Shown one piece after another: positions 12,359 to 24,858 of a stretch of DNA of 64,000 bases. The position numbers were made by a program, and so were the translations under genes. Within the stretch, counting starts at the first letter, position 1, and every line of letters begins with the position of its first letter. The stretch comes from Octopus sinensis (Eukaryota). The stretch covers positions 27,341,360 through 27,405,359 of the forward strand of contig NC_043019.1 of NCBI RefSeq assembly GCF_006345805.1, in the 5' to 3' direction. Below the pieces are notes generated by a model. That model was not told the DNA's origin and ran no database searches. It worked only from the letters and a program-made list of their open reading frames with translations.

Positions 12359-12609
12359 AAGTAGTTGTTGGCGGGAGAATTAGTCAGACAACAGTTCACT
12401 CCCTTGTATTTCTCAATTTCTCTCTCGCTTTGTTTTTTTTTACTTCTATTTCCTCGCTCTCTCTCTCTCTGTTTATATCTGTTTCTTTTTGCGTCTATAT
12501 CTATATTCGTGTGTTTCTCTTTACCTACATATCTCTCTTTCTATCTATCGATCTAGTTCTCTCCCCTCTCACCTCTATTCCAATGCCGAATAATTATACC
12601 TCTCTATAC

Positions 12610-12788
12610 CAGTGCTTTTCAACCTTTTTGCTGGAGCGGAACCCCAAGGAAACATTCCACTGGTTCAAGGAACCCCTGTGCAATAATTTAATAGTCTTAT
12701 GCACACATATCTGCACAGGAGAATTAAAAAATACTGCCGATTTTAGCTTTTTTGTAACTTCTTGCGGAACCCTGGTTGAAAACCACTG
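12610..12788. mobile_element. hAT (Charlie-like) MITE
   Basis: TIR CAGTG(C/G)TTTTCAACC; perfect 8-bp TSD CTCTATAC. Confidence 0.88.
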
Positions 12789-13535
12789 CTCTATACAGTC
12801 CCTTCACCACCTAAAAATAGCAGCCAAATTTTCCCCAGATCACACTTTGTCGTCTTTAAAGAAAGAAAGATACATAGAATAATGCAGACTTTCTTTTGAT
12901 ATTTTATTACTTACCTAGAGAAAGAAGAGCAGTCCTCCTGTCACTGTCAGTGCCCCATAGACTACAGGAAGAATGTCTCAGACTGGAACCATAAATGTTC
13001 GCAACAAAGCAAATTTCACTAACGACAGCCAAGGGGACTGAATGAAAGTCAGAATGATCGTGGTTTGGATACCTTTACTTATAGACCAAGGCTGACCTGG
13101 GGTTAAACAAGAACAGCTATTCTTTATCTGTTACTCCTTCACTTTTCTGATAATGTTAGTTCTGCCTTATTTGCAGAATTCTTTTATTCTTTCATTTGTT
13201 TCAGTCATTTGACTGCAGCCATGCTGGAGCACCGTCTTGAATGGTTTTTAAGTCGAACAAATCGACCCAGTTCTCTTTTGCCGAACTGCTAAGTTATGGG
13301 GACATGAGCACACCGGATAGGTGAACAAATACACACACACATCATCATCATTTAGCGTCCGTTTTCCATGTTAGCATGGGTTGGACGGTTTAACTGGGGT
13401 CTGTGAAGCCGTAAGGCTTCATCAGGCCCAGTCAGATTTGGCAGTGTTTCTACGGCTGGATGCCCTTCCTAACGCCAACCACTCCGTGAGTGTAGTGAGT
13501 GCTTTTTACGTGCCACCGGCACACATATATATATA

Positions 13536-14035
13536 CTAGCAGTATCGCCCGGCGTTGCTCGGGTTTGTAAGGGAAATAACTATATAAGCATTTTTAGAGA
13601 GTTACTTCCCTTATAGATGCCAATTCGGGCTTTCTTAGCCATTTCTGTTTTGGTGTCTTCAAGCCATGAAGTCGTTGTTCTAAAAGAACGCTGGTCTCCT
13701 TGACAACGCTTTACGACGTTGATTTCCTTACACTCCCTTCCCCACAGCTTCACGAGGGAGAAGCAAACAGGTGCAGGTGTGACCATGGACGCCAACTCCA
13801 CCGCCATCGACACACGAAAAATTATGCGTTAAAATGGAATAAAAAAATGATGTTAAATTATTTTTAAAATCGTAGACTCATCGTAGACGCGCGCTAATAC
13901 TCAGACGGGCTCGATATGAATCACGACTATAAGATACCCGAATTTGGTTAAACTGCACCGCAAAATGTGGGAGTAGTTAGGAATCTAAATCGAAGGGGAC
14001 AGACACTCACACAACTACAGTTTTATATATATAGA
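13536..14035 (-). mobile_element. Non-autonomous Helitron
   Basis: Minus strand starts TC (14035), ends CTAG (13536); subterminal hairpin CCCGAGCAACGCCGGG; A|T insertion site; no TSD. Confidence 0.85.
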
Positions 14036-14500
14036 TATACGACAGGCTTCTTTCAGTTTCCCTGTACCAAATTCACTCAAGATTTTTGGTCAGCCCAAGG
14101 CTATAGTAGAAGACACTTGCCCAAAGTGCCATGCAGTGAACTGAACCCGCAACTATGTGGTTGGGAAGCAAGCTTTTTACCACACCTGCACCTTATTTGC
14201 AGAATTCTTCAAAACTTATTTTCCAAAATGATGATCAAGCAAAGTTAATTCCATAAAAATATCTGACACTAACATCCCAACCTTCTTTCCTCCATCCTCA
14301 TCATCGTTGTTCAACATTTGTTCTACATGTTAGTATGGGTTGGGTGATTTGACAGGATCTGACGTGCCAGTGGACTCTGCCCGACTCTTCTGTCTTCTTT
14401 GACTTGGTTTCTATGGATGGATGTTCTTCTGAATGCCAACCACTTCCCAGAGTGCACTAGGTGTTTTTTGTAACAAGACATTCGCACTAGTGAGGTCACC

Positions 14501-14908
14501 AGATCTTTTCGGTTTGAACGGCAGTTTTTGACATAATTTCTAGGTAACTAAAAAATTTAAAACTTTGTATACTGCTAGAATGTCTTTAGAAAACATCTTT
14601 TTCTCTTGGCTTTATTGAAAAAATTCTAGAATTTGTAAGATATTTGTTGTTTTTTTTTCTGCAATTTCAACCAATCACTGACGTCTATTGAGGTAAAAAA
14701 AACATTCTGTGTTGTATGACTATGTCCCTCGTTTAAGAAACAGATTGGGTTTATTTACATTTGTGAAGAAAAAAAGATACCCTTCCCCCCACCCTAACTA
14801 ACCCTAAAACAGATTGAAATGCAATAGATCGATACTAGGGTCATAATTATGGGTGACAATTTCATATGACACCGCTAGAAAAAACTGCCGTTCAAACCGA
14901 AAAGATCC
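14501..14908 (+). mobile_element. MITE with ~28-bp TIR (GGATCTTTTCGGTTTGAACGGCAGTTTT) and 8-bp TSD, copy 1
   Basis: TSD AGGTCACC at 14493-14500 and 14909-14916. Confidence 0.92.
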
Positions 14909-16374
14909 AGGTCACCAGGTAACTCGCAAAACATGACCTCCTTAGCTGAGGGAGGATAGTATTGAGTGAAGTAGCTTTATGCTAAGTGATGAGAGGTTAA
15001 AGCTTGATAAAGCGACACAAACTGGTGTCTTGCAGTAGAGGAGATACACGGCTCTTCCAGCTGGAAAAGGGGGATAAATGAAGCAAGTCATCATCATTTA
15101 ATGTCTGTTGTCCATGCTGGTGTGAGTAGGATGGTCTGACCAGAGCTGGCAAGCTGTGGGGAGGCGGGGTGGCTGCACCAGACTCCAATCTGATTTGGCA
15201 TGGTTTCTACGACTGGATGCCCTTCCTAATGCCCACCACTTGACAGCATGTGGCTGGGTGCTTTGCTTTTACATGGCACTGCATGGGTGCTTTTACATTG
15301 CATTCCCTGGGCCCTTTTATAAGGTGCCACTCACTACACAGGCATTTTTATGTGGCACCACACAGGCGCTTTTATGTGACACTGCATAGGCACTTTTATG
15401 TAACATCACTACAAGTGCTTTACCTCACTAGAAGGCGGCGAGCTGGCAGAAACATTAGCACGCCGAGTGAAATGCTTAGCAGTATTTCATCTGCCATTAC
15501 GTTCTGAGTTCAAATTCCGCTGAGGTCGACTTTGCCATTCATCCTTTCAGGGTCAATAAATTAAGTACCAGTTACGCACTGGGGTCGATGTAATCGACTT
15601 AATCCCTTTGTATGTCCTTGTTTGTCCCCTCTATGTTTAGCCCCTTGAGGGCAATAAAAAAAAATAAGAAGAACCAATCTTAACACTTCTACTGCAGAGT
15701 ACAGGTCTTCTCGAGTACAACAAGGCATCGGGTATCTTGGCCCTTTGTCATCTCACCTAAAAGGTTCAACATCAAGTTACTGGAAGGTGAACAATTAAAG
15801 AAATGATCCAGAGGACTTAACATAGTGAATGAGTAGGTAAGATCATGAGGGTGTGAAAGGAGAGTGGAGGATGGATAGCAGTGAATAGTGAGCATGAAAT
15901 AAAACCATCATATCATTTTTATTGTATTTGTGTAACATTGTCCCTTTTTTTCCGTCCTTATTTTTGCATACATTTGCTGCTTTCTTCCAAGGAATCTAAT
16001 GCTCTTAGCTTAGATTTTCCTTGGGGCTGGCCAGATTGGAGCAATCTCAGGTATGATCAGCTGAAATAGTGAAGATAATCTGGTACTTGACTGAGGAAAG
16101 AAAACTTCAAATGACCTGTCCTTGTTTTCTTTGTATCGTCTATCTGGATGTTTTGTTGTCCCATTTTTGTATCACCTGTCTGGATGTTTTGCATTCTTGT
16201 CTCGTTTTGTATTTTATATATATAAATATACACACATATATACACGTATATATATATATATAAGGTTAATCCAAACGGGAAAACAGAAAAAACAACAACA
16301 CGTGGAACAATTACAGTATTATATTATTAGGCGCTCAGGAAAATGGAAGAAGGAGGGTATATATATATATATAT

Positions 16375-16985
16375 ATATATATGTGGAGGTGCAATGGCCC
16401 AGTGCTTAGGGCAGTGGACTTGTGGCCGGATTGTGGTTTCTATTCCCAGACCGGGCGTTGTGTATGTTTATTGAGCAAAAACACGTAAGGGGTGGTGGAA
16501 ACTCTTTCGCCCCAACTTTCTCTCACTCTTTCTTCCTGTTTCTTGAGTAATGCTGCGATGGACTGGCGTCCCGTCCAGCTGGGGGGGAATACATATGCCA
16601 TAGAAACCAGGCCCATGAGCCTGGCTAGGCTTGAAAAGGGCGCAAAAAAAAAAATATATATATATATATATATAATATATATATATATGTGGAGGTGCAA
16701 TGGCCCAGTGCTTAGGGCAGTGGACTTGTGGCCGGATTGTGGTTTCTATTCCCAGACCGGGCGTTGTGTATGTTTATTGAGCAAAAACACGTAAGGGGTG
16801 GTGGAAACTCTTTCGCCCCAACTTTCTCTCACTCTTTCTTCCTGTTTCTTGAGTAATGCTGCGATGGACTGGCGTCCCGTCCAGCTGGGGGGGAATACAT
16901 ATGCCATAGAAACCAGGCCCATGAGCCTGGCTAGGCTTGAAAAGGGCGCAAAAAAAAAAATATATATATATATTATATATATATA
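16375..16985. repeat. ~305-bp tandem duplication of a family-R SINE plus (TA)n
   Basis: Two essentially identical units. Confidence 0.9.
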
Positions 16986-17274
16986 TCATCATCATCACCG
17001 TTTCACGTCCACTTTCTATGCTAGCATGGGTTGGATGATTTGACTGAGGACTGGTGAACCAGATGGCTGCACTAGGCTCCAATCTTGATCTGGCAGAGTT
17101 TCTACAGCTGGATGCCCTTCCTAATGCCAACCACTCTGAGAGTGTAGTGGGTGCTTTTACATGCCACCGGCACTAGAGCCAGTCAGGCGGTACTGGCAAC
17201 GGCCACGCTCAAAAGGTGTCTTTTATGTGCTACCTGCACGGAAGCCAGTCTGACGGCACTGGCAACGATCAGCA

Positions 17275-17965
17275 AACTCACTCTGCCCATTCTGATAAGA
17301 AAAGAACTCCGGAATTTGTTGGTGAGATCCAAGCCAAGATTGACAATGATCCCTCCAAGTCAATCAGGTTCATCACCAGGGACATGGAAGTGTCTGAGTT
17401 TCTTAGCAGGCAGACACAAAGACATTCAGTATTCCTCATACAAAATGAGGAAGGGCCAATTTTTACCCCAAGCCGCCAAGGACAAGAGGAAAGACCACAC
17501 TAAGAAGAATTTGAACAAACTCAAGCATCCCCTCCAACCAAACATGCATTGGCTTTTCTCAGACAAGAAAAATTTCTGCCAGGATCAGATGAACACACAG
17601 AACAACCACTGGCACATCACCCCTAACATCTGGCCACCTAACTCCCCTGACTGCAATACCCTTGATTATTATGTGTGGGATGCAGTTGAGTGAGAGACCA
17701 ACAAAACTCCTTGTGACACAAAGATGAACTGAAGGCAAGGATTATGGCAGCATTCACCAACTTAAACAAGGAGACTGTCCAGAAGAGTTGCAGGAGATTC
17801 GAAAGTTGTCTGGAGGCTGTGGATGAAACCAGTAGTGATTTTATTGAATAAATTTACTCTTTAGTATTCCAGATATTCTTATGTAATTTTGGTAGATATA
17901 TCTGTTAAAATGAGACATCAGTGTTATTTTGCATAATTTAGATGACAGTTTATTCACTACACTGT
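17275..17965 (+). mobile_element. Tc1/mariner-superfamily transposase relic (maT/DD37D-like), internally deleted
   Basis: LFSDKKNF and WPPNSPDCNTLDYYVW catalytic-region motifs; frameshifts and stop. Confidence 0.82.
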
Positions 17966-18134
17966 GTGCCCCAGCATGGCCACAGCCTCAAGGCTGAAGC
18001 ATAAAAGAATAGAAGAATATATATACATATACACACACACATATGTATATATATATATACATACACACATATAATTGTTAAACAGGACAGAAAACATCTC
18101 AAGACGTATACAATATTATTCTAGGAAGAAATTC

Positions 18135-18200
18135 AAAATCTTACAGCTGTTTCTGGGATATCCCCGAGTATGGAATATTCCATCACCAGAGACAAATAAG
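18135..18200 (-). ncRNA. Degenerate minimal hammerhead motif inside a ~220-bp inverted-repeat element (18070-18292); duplicate at ~19900-19968
   Basis: Minus strand GTCT-CTGGTGA...GAAAC-AGCT-GTA-AGAT; palindromic stem III ACAGCTGT. Confidence 0.55.
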
Positions 18201-18671
18201 GGGAAAAAAAAAAGAATTTCTTCCTAGAATATTGTATATGACTTGAGATCTTTGCCTTGCCTTAATGTTTGTTGCCCTGTTTAACAATTATAATTCCGCA
18301 GCATCGAAAATCTGCAATGGCTCCATAACAACCGTCTCGGTTATAACCTTGGAGCCCCAGTAATCCGTTACAGCACTTACCTAGCATACCTAATCGTTTA
18401 GATCACCTGTGAACTAGACCTCCATACTTTGTACACACGTATACACATATATACAAATACATATATACACACACATACATACACATACATACACACATAC
18501 ATATATATATAACACACACATACATATATATACACACATACATACACACACATACATATATACACACATACATACACACATACATACATATATAACACAT
18601 ACATACACACATACATACACACATACATACATATATAACACATACATACACACATACATACACACATACAT

Positions 18672-18757
<86 letters not shown>

Positions 18758-19039
18758 TCATCATCACCGTTTCACGTCCACTTTCTATGCTAGCATGGGT
18801 GGATGATTTGACTGAGGACTGGTGAACCAGATGGCTGCACTAGGCTCCAATCTTGATCTGGCAGAGTTTCTACAGCTGGATGCCCTTCCTAATGCCAACC
18901 ACTCTGAGAGTGTAGTGGGTGCTTTTACATGCCACCGGCACTAGAGCCAGTCAGGCGGTACTGGCAACGGCCACGCTCAAAAGGTGTCTTTTATGTGCTA
19001 CCTGCACGGAAGCCAGTCTGACGGCACTGGCAACGATCA

Positions 19040-19735
19040 GCAAACTCACTCTGCCCATTCTGATAAGAAAAGAACTCCGGAATTGTTGGTGAGATCCAAG
19101 CCAAGATTGACAATGATCCCTCCAAGTCAATCAGGTTCATCACCAGGGACATGGAAGTGTCTGAGTTTCTTAGCAGGCAGACACAAAGACATTCAGTATT
19201 CCTCATACAAAATGAGGAAGGGCCAATTTTTACCCCAAGCCGCCAAGGACAAGAGGAAAGACCACACTAAGAAGAATTTGAACAAACTCAAGCATCCCCT
19301 CCAACCAAACATGCATTGGCTTTTCTCAGACAAGAAAAATTTCTGCCAGGATCAGATGAACACACAGAACAACCACTGGCACATCACCCCTAACATCTGG
19401 CCACCTAACTCCCCTGACTGCAATACCCTTGATTATTATGTGTGGGATGCAGTTGAGTGAGAGACCAACAAAACTCCTTGTGACACCAAAGATGAACTGA
19501 AGGCAAGGATTATGGCAGCATTCACCAACTTAAACAAGGAGACTGTCCAGAAGAGTTGCAGGAGATTCGAAAGTTGTCTGGAGGCTGTGGATGAAACCAG
19601 TAGTGATTTTATTGAATAAATTTACTCTTTAGTATTCCAGATATTCTTATGTAATTTTGGTAGATATATCTGTTAAAATGAGACATCAGTGTTATTTTGC
19701 ATAATTTAGATGACAGTTTATTCACTACACTGTGT
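19040..19735 (+). mobile_element. Duplicate of the Tc1/mariner relic at 17275-17965
   Basis: Near-identical sequence within a 1.77-kb tandem duplication. Confidence 0.82.
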
Positions 19736-20387
19736 GCCCCAGCATGGCCACAGCCTCAAGGCTGAAGCATAAAAGAATAGAAGAATATATATACATATAC
19801 ACACACACATATGTATATATATATATACATACACACATATAATTGTTAAACAGGACAGAAAACATCTCAAGACGTATACAATATTATTTAGGAAGAAATT
19901 CAAAATCTTACAGCTGTTTCTGGGATATCCCCGAGTATGGAATATTCCATCACCAGAGACAAATAAGGGGAAAAAAAAAAAAAAGAATTTCTTCCTAGAA
20001 TAATATTGTATATGACTTGAGATCTTTGCCTTGCCTTAATGTTTGTTGCCCTGTTTAACAATTATAATTCCGCAGCATCGAAAATCTGCAATGGCTCCAT
20101 AACAACCATCTCGGTTATAACCTTGGAGCCCCAGTAATCCGTTACAGCACTTACCTAGCATACCTAATCGTTTAGATCACCTGTGAACTAGACCTCCATA
20201 CTTTGTACACACGTATACACATATATACAAATACATATATACACACACATACATACATATACACACACATACATAAATACACACATACATATATATATAC
20301 ACACACATACATATATATATACACACACATACATACACACATACATACATATATAACACATACATACACACATACATACACACATAC

Positions 20388-20437
<50 letters not shown>

Positions 20438-20839
20438 TATACATACATATGTACACATATACTTCCTGTAATATTTCTCTGCAATTTTTTTCCTGTTACC
20501 TTTTTTCGCTCTCTTGGATTCAGCCGTTGTAAGTGAGGAAAAATTGATATTTTTCTTAGATCAATAAAAAGACGCTTTCCAGGAACTGAAAGAAAAAAAA
20601 ATGCCCCATCCCACACCATTAATTACTGCTGAGTTTTGCTTTGATAAGCAAAGCTATAAACCTTTAATGGCACTAAAAGAAGTAAGAGAAATATTTCGCA
20701 ACAGGCTTTAGTATTCTCTCTGTCTACAAAGTTATAAGCATTCTTTAGAAATAACAATACAGGGTGTTTCAGAAAATGTGATATCATTCGCACCACTGAA
20801 GCTACAGGAAGTATATGTGTACAAATGTATATATATATA

Positions 20840-20881
<42 letters not shown>

Positions 20882-21439
20882 TATATATATAGTATGTATA
20901 TGTGTATATATATATGTATGTATATGTGTATATATATATATGTATGTATATGTGTATGTATATATGTATGTATATGTGTATATATATGTGTATTTATGTA
21001 TGTGTGAATTTATGTATGTGTGTATGTATGTATGTATGTGTGTGTATATATGTATGTGTATATGTGTGTACAAGGTATGGAGGTTTAGTTCACAGGTGTG
21101 ATAATAATAATACAGATATAGCACTATTAGTGGCTGTATAGAAGTAAATGTATTTATAATCATTATAAACATCATCATCTTTGATTAGTGTTGTTTGTTT
21201 TATTGTTAATATTATACCATAAAAGTTACAAAATATATGAAACAGTTAAGAAGATGAGGAAATAAGAGAGAGAGAGAGAGAGGAGTCATAATTATATACA
21301 AATCAATATGTTTTGGTATTGCTATTACAATATTGTCATTTGTTTGCGGGGTTTTTTTTTTCTTTTTGGTAGGGTGAGTTTTGCTATTTGTTTTTAAATG
21401 TTTTTGTTTTCTCTCTAGTCCTTTTATGTTCCGTTTGCA

Positions 21440-22330
21440 CTCGTTCTTCAATGTTAGCAACCTTCCAAACATTCTCTGCAGCATTAGCAACCTTCCAGAT
21501 ATTATCTGTGGCATTAGCAACCTTCCAGATATTATCTGTGGCATTAGCAACCTTCCAGATATTACCTGTGGCATTAGCAACCTTCCAGATATTATCTGCA
21601 GCATTAGCAACCTTCCAGATATTATCTGTGACATTAACAACTTTCCAAATATTATCTGCAGCATTAGCAACCTTCCAGATATTATCTGTGGCATTAGCAA
21701 CCTTCCAGATATTATCTGTGGCATTAGCTACCTTCCAGATATTACCTGTAGAATTAGCAACCTTCCAGATATTATCTGTGGCATTAACAACTTTCCAGAT
21801 ATTATCTGCAGCATTAGCAACCTTCCAGATATTATCTGTGGCATTAGTAACCTTCCAGATATTATCTGTGGCATTAGCAACCTTCCAGATATTATCTGTG
21901 GCATTAACAACTTTCCAGATATTAACAGCCTTCTAGATATTCTCTGCAGCATTAGCAACTGTCAAGATATTCTCTGTGGCATTAAAAACCTTCCAGGTAT
22001 TCTCTGCAGCATTAGCAACCTACCAAACTTTTGTCATAACATTAGCAACCTTTCAAACATTATCTCTGGCATTAACAACCTTACAAACATTCTCTGCGAC
22101 ATTAGCAACCTTACAAACATTCTCTGTGACATTAGCAACCTTACATTCTCTGTGGCATTAGCAACTTACGGACATTCTCTGCGACATTAGCAACCTTTCA
22201 AACATTTTCTGTGACATTAGCAACCTTCCAGATATTTTCCCACAGAACATGACTGACTACCAAACTTCCAAACTATCCTCATAGTGTTAGCAATCTTCCA
22301 GATGTCCTCACCAGCGCTAGCACTTACCAA
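21440..22330. repeat. 30-bp minisatellite (GCATTAGCAACCTTCCAGATATTATCTGTG)n, decaying rightwards
   Basis: More than 20 readable units; open in several frames. Confidence 0.92.
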
Positions 22331-22859
22331 CATATTCCCCCACAGAATCAGCAATTTCCCACAATACTGGAAATCTCTCAGACAATCCACACATTGTTAG
22401 CAATCTTTCACACATCCTCCTAAATATCCAATTCTGTTATTAATGTTGTTGCTGCTGCTGTTGCTGCTGTTCAGCGTTGCTATTGTTGTTACTACTGTTA
22501 CTACTACTACTATTACTACTACTGCTACTACTACTACTATTGTTGTTGTTGTAATTGTTGCAGTTCATGTTGCAGTTGTTAATTCACACTACTGACATTG
22601 TTCTGTACAGCAACCGAACACATCTTTATGTGTGTGATAATGTGACAAAGTTCTTATGTTACTGTACGAGGGAATTACAGGTGTGTGCGTGTGAGTGAGT
22701 GAGTGGGAGGGAAGGTATGAGTGTAAATGAAGGTATGTGTGCGTGAGCATTTGAAGAATTCTGGATTAGAAAAGAGAAAGAAGAAATGGCTTTCAGTGGG
22801 AAGATTGTCTGTCTGTGTTATGTATACACGTACACATATATGTATGTATGTATGTGCAC

Positions 22860-22890
<31 letters not shown>

Positions 22891-23103
22891 TATATATATG
22901 TATGTATGTATACATGTATATATGCATGTATATTTGAAAAAATGAATGGAAATGGTTTGCCTTATAATTTTTCCACTTTAATAATTAGATATAAACACCT
23001 AATCCCGAAAACGGAAAAATTGCCGAAAAAAGCCTTTTCTATTAATTTTTTCAAATATATAATACTGTACCAACAACGTTCTATTTCTTATTCAACTATA
23101 CAT

Positions 23104-23168
<65 letters not shown>

Positions 23169-23175
23169 AATATAC

Positions 23176-23212
<37 letters not shown>

Positions 23213-23272
23213 CATATATACATACATGTTTGTGTATACAATGTGTGATGTGATACATACACGTAATATATA

Positions 23273-24029
23273 CTGTGGTACATGAAAAAGTCGCCTGGGT
23301 TCTGTAGCATAGGGGAAATACAGAAATGAATTTACACACACAGAAAAGTACCCAGCCTTTCGTTTGCAAGCGTCATTTCAGTTATTTCGACCACTTGTAA
23401 CTGCTGAACGAAGGAGGTACATTAGTCGATTGTTGGCTGCATTGCCCTCACCACATTAGTTGATTGTAAGATTGCATTGAGTGAATATCTCTAGTCTTTT
23501 CTGCAAGATGATGTACTCAATAATGAAAAGAATGGAGATGGTGGAAGCATATGTGAGAATGGGTTCTGTTAAGCAAACACATGAAAATTTTGAAGTCAAG
23601 TTTCCAGGGAAAGGCTTACCTGCAAAGAGAACAATACAAATGTTGGTTAAGAAGTGGCACGCTACGGGATTATTGTGCAATGCCCCAAAACAACGAAACT
23701 CTACTGTTTGAATGTCGGAAGTTATTCGGGACATTCGCAAAAGAATTATTAGAAGTTCAAAAACGTCAATGCGTACATTGACGCAGGAGGTCAAGCCAAC
23801 AGGTATTGAAAAGTCTAACATTGAAGCCATATTATTTCACGTGTACAGCAATTAAAAGTGGATGACAAAAGTAAATTACTGCACATGGCTTCTGAATAGC
23901 AGTTGCAAGAGCTCAAAATAATTCAATGACACAAAGAGAAGGCTGGATACTTTTTCGCGTCTGTGTAAATTTATTTCTGTATTTATACTGTGCTATGAAA
24001 CCTGGGCTACTTCATTATGCATTACCCTG
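23273..24029 (+). mobile_element. Decayed Tc1/mariner-type element with ~90-bp imperfect TIRs and an HTH (DUF4817-like) remnant
   Basis: MVEAY..GSVKQT...F..KFP...LPAKRTIQMLVKKWHATG; 23273-23360 aligns with the reverse complement of 23937-24029. Confidence 0.72.
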
Positions 24030-24035
24030 TGTGTA

Positions 24036-24075
<40 letters not shown>

Positions 24076-24597
24076 GAGGTTATGAGAGGTAATGGTAATT
24101 TTTTTTTATATGTATATATGTATGTATATATATGTGTGCGTGTGCATGTTGTGCTACAAACACACACTGTATATTTTCTAATTTGTTCTTGCTTTGTTGT
24201 TTTCAGCAGTATTCTTGAGGACCTTACCAACTGTAACATGAATTGAAAGAGATATACAGATATATACAAGCATACACACACTCACACACAGAACCATACT
24301 CACACACACAGCCATACACATTCATTCATCATATGTCCATAGAGACTGTACATAAAAAAATACTAAATCCTGATACCTGCAAATGTGCAACATTTGTTGC
24401 ACACCCAAATTGAAAACGCAAAAGAAAAAGAAAAAACAGGACAGTGGCATTGCAAGTGCACTCAGCCGTCCCATGCACACATGCATCAATGTCTTTCGGC
24501 TAGCAGGAGTCCAATGAATGTGTGTGTGTGTGTGTGTGTATGTGTGTGTGTGTGTGCGCAATACAGTGTTACAAGACGTAGAGGTATGAGGTGAACA

Positions 24598-24858
24598 CTA
24601 GTGACAGCCACAAGCCTTCACCTTCATACTTCGATATTTCTTGAGAATGACATTGGAATTATCATCAAAGTAGAGCACAGAGATGGCACTCAGTTTGGTA
24701 GGGGAACAGCAGGGCTTAGGCATTGTCTGAGATTTCACTGTATGAAGCAGAAGTTGTACAATGGCATGATTTGTGGCGTTCATGTTCAGACCGAGTGGAA
24801 ATATGCAGTCGCCGTCGCAGTAGAATGCAGAGTAACCCTCAGGTGCAATGATCCAACT
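24598..24858 (-). CDS. BMP5-8: BMP5-8/gbb-like terminal exon ([18 protein letters not shown]...[37 protein letters not shown])
   Basis: TGF-beta domain with BMP5/6/7/8-type residues ([30 protein letters not shown]); TAG at 24598-24600. Confidence 0.97.
   Translation of the reverse strand, partial: SWIIAPEGYSAFYCDGDCIFPLGLNMNATNHAIVQLLLHTVKSQTMPKPCCSPTKLSAISVLYFDDNSNVILKKYRSMKVKACGCH

Larger units (their letters stand above)
16986..20430. repeat. Near-identical 1.77-kb tandem duplication (16986-18754 / 18755-~20430)
   Basis: Same order of family-B repeat, mariner relic, inverted-repeat element and microsatellite; few SNPs/indels. Confidence 0.92.
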
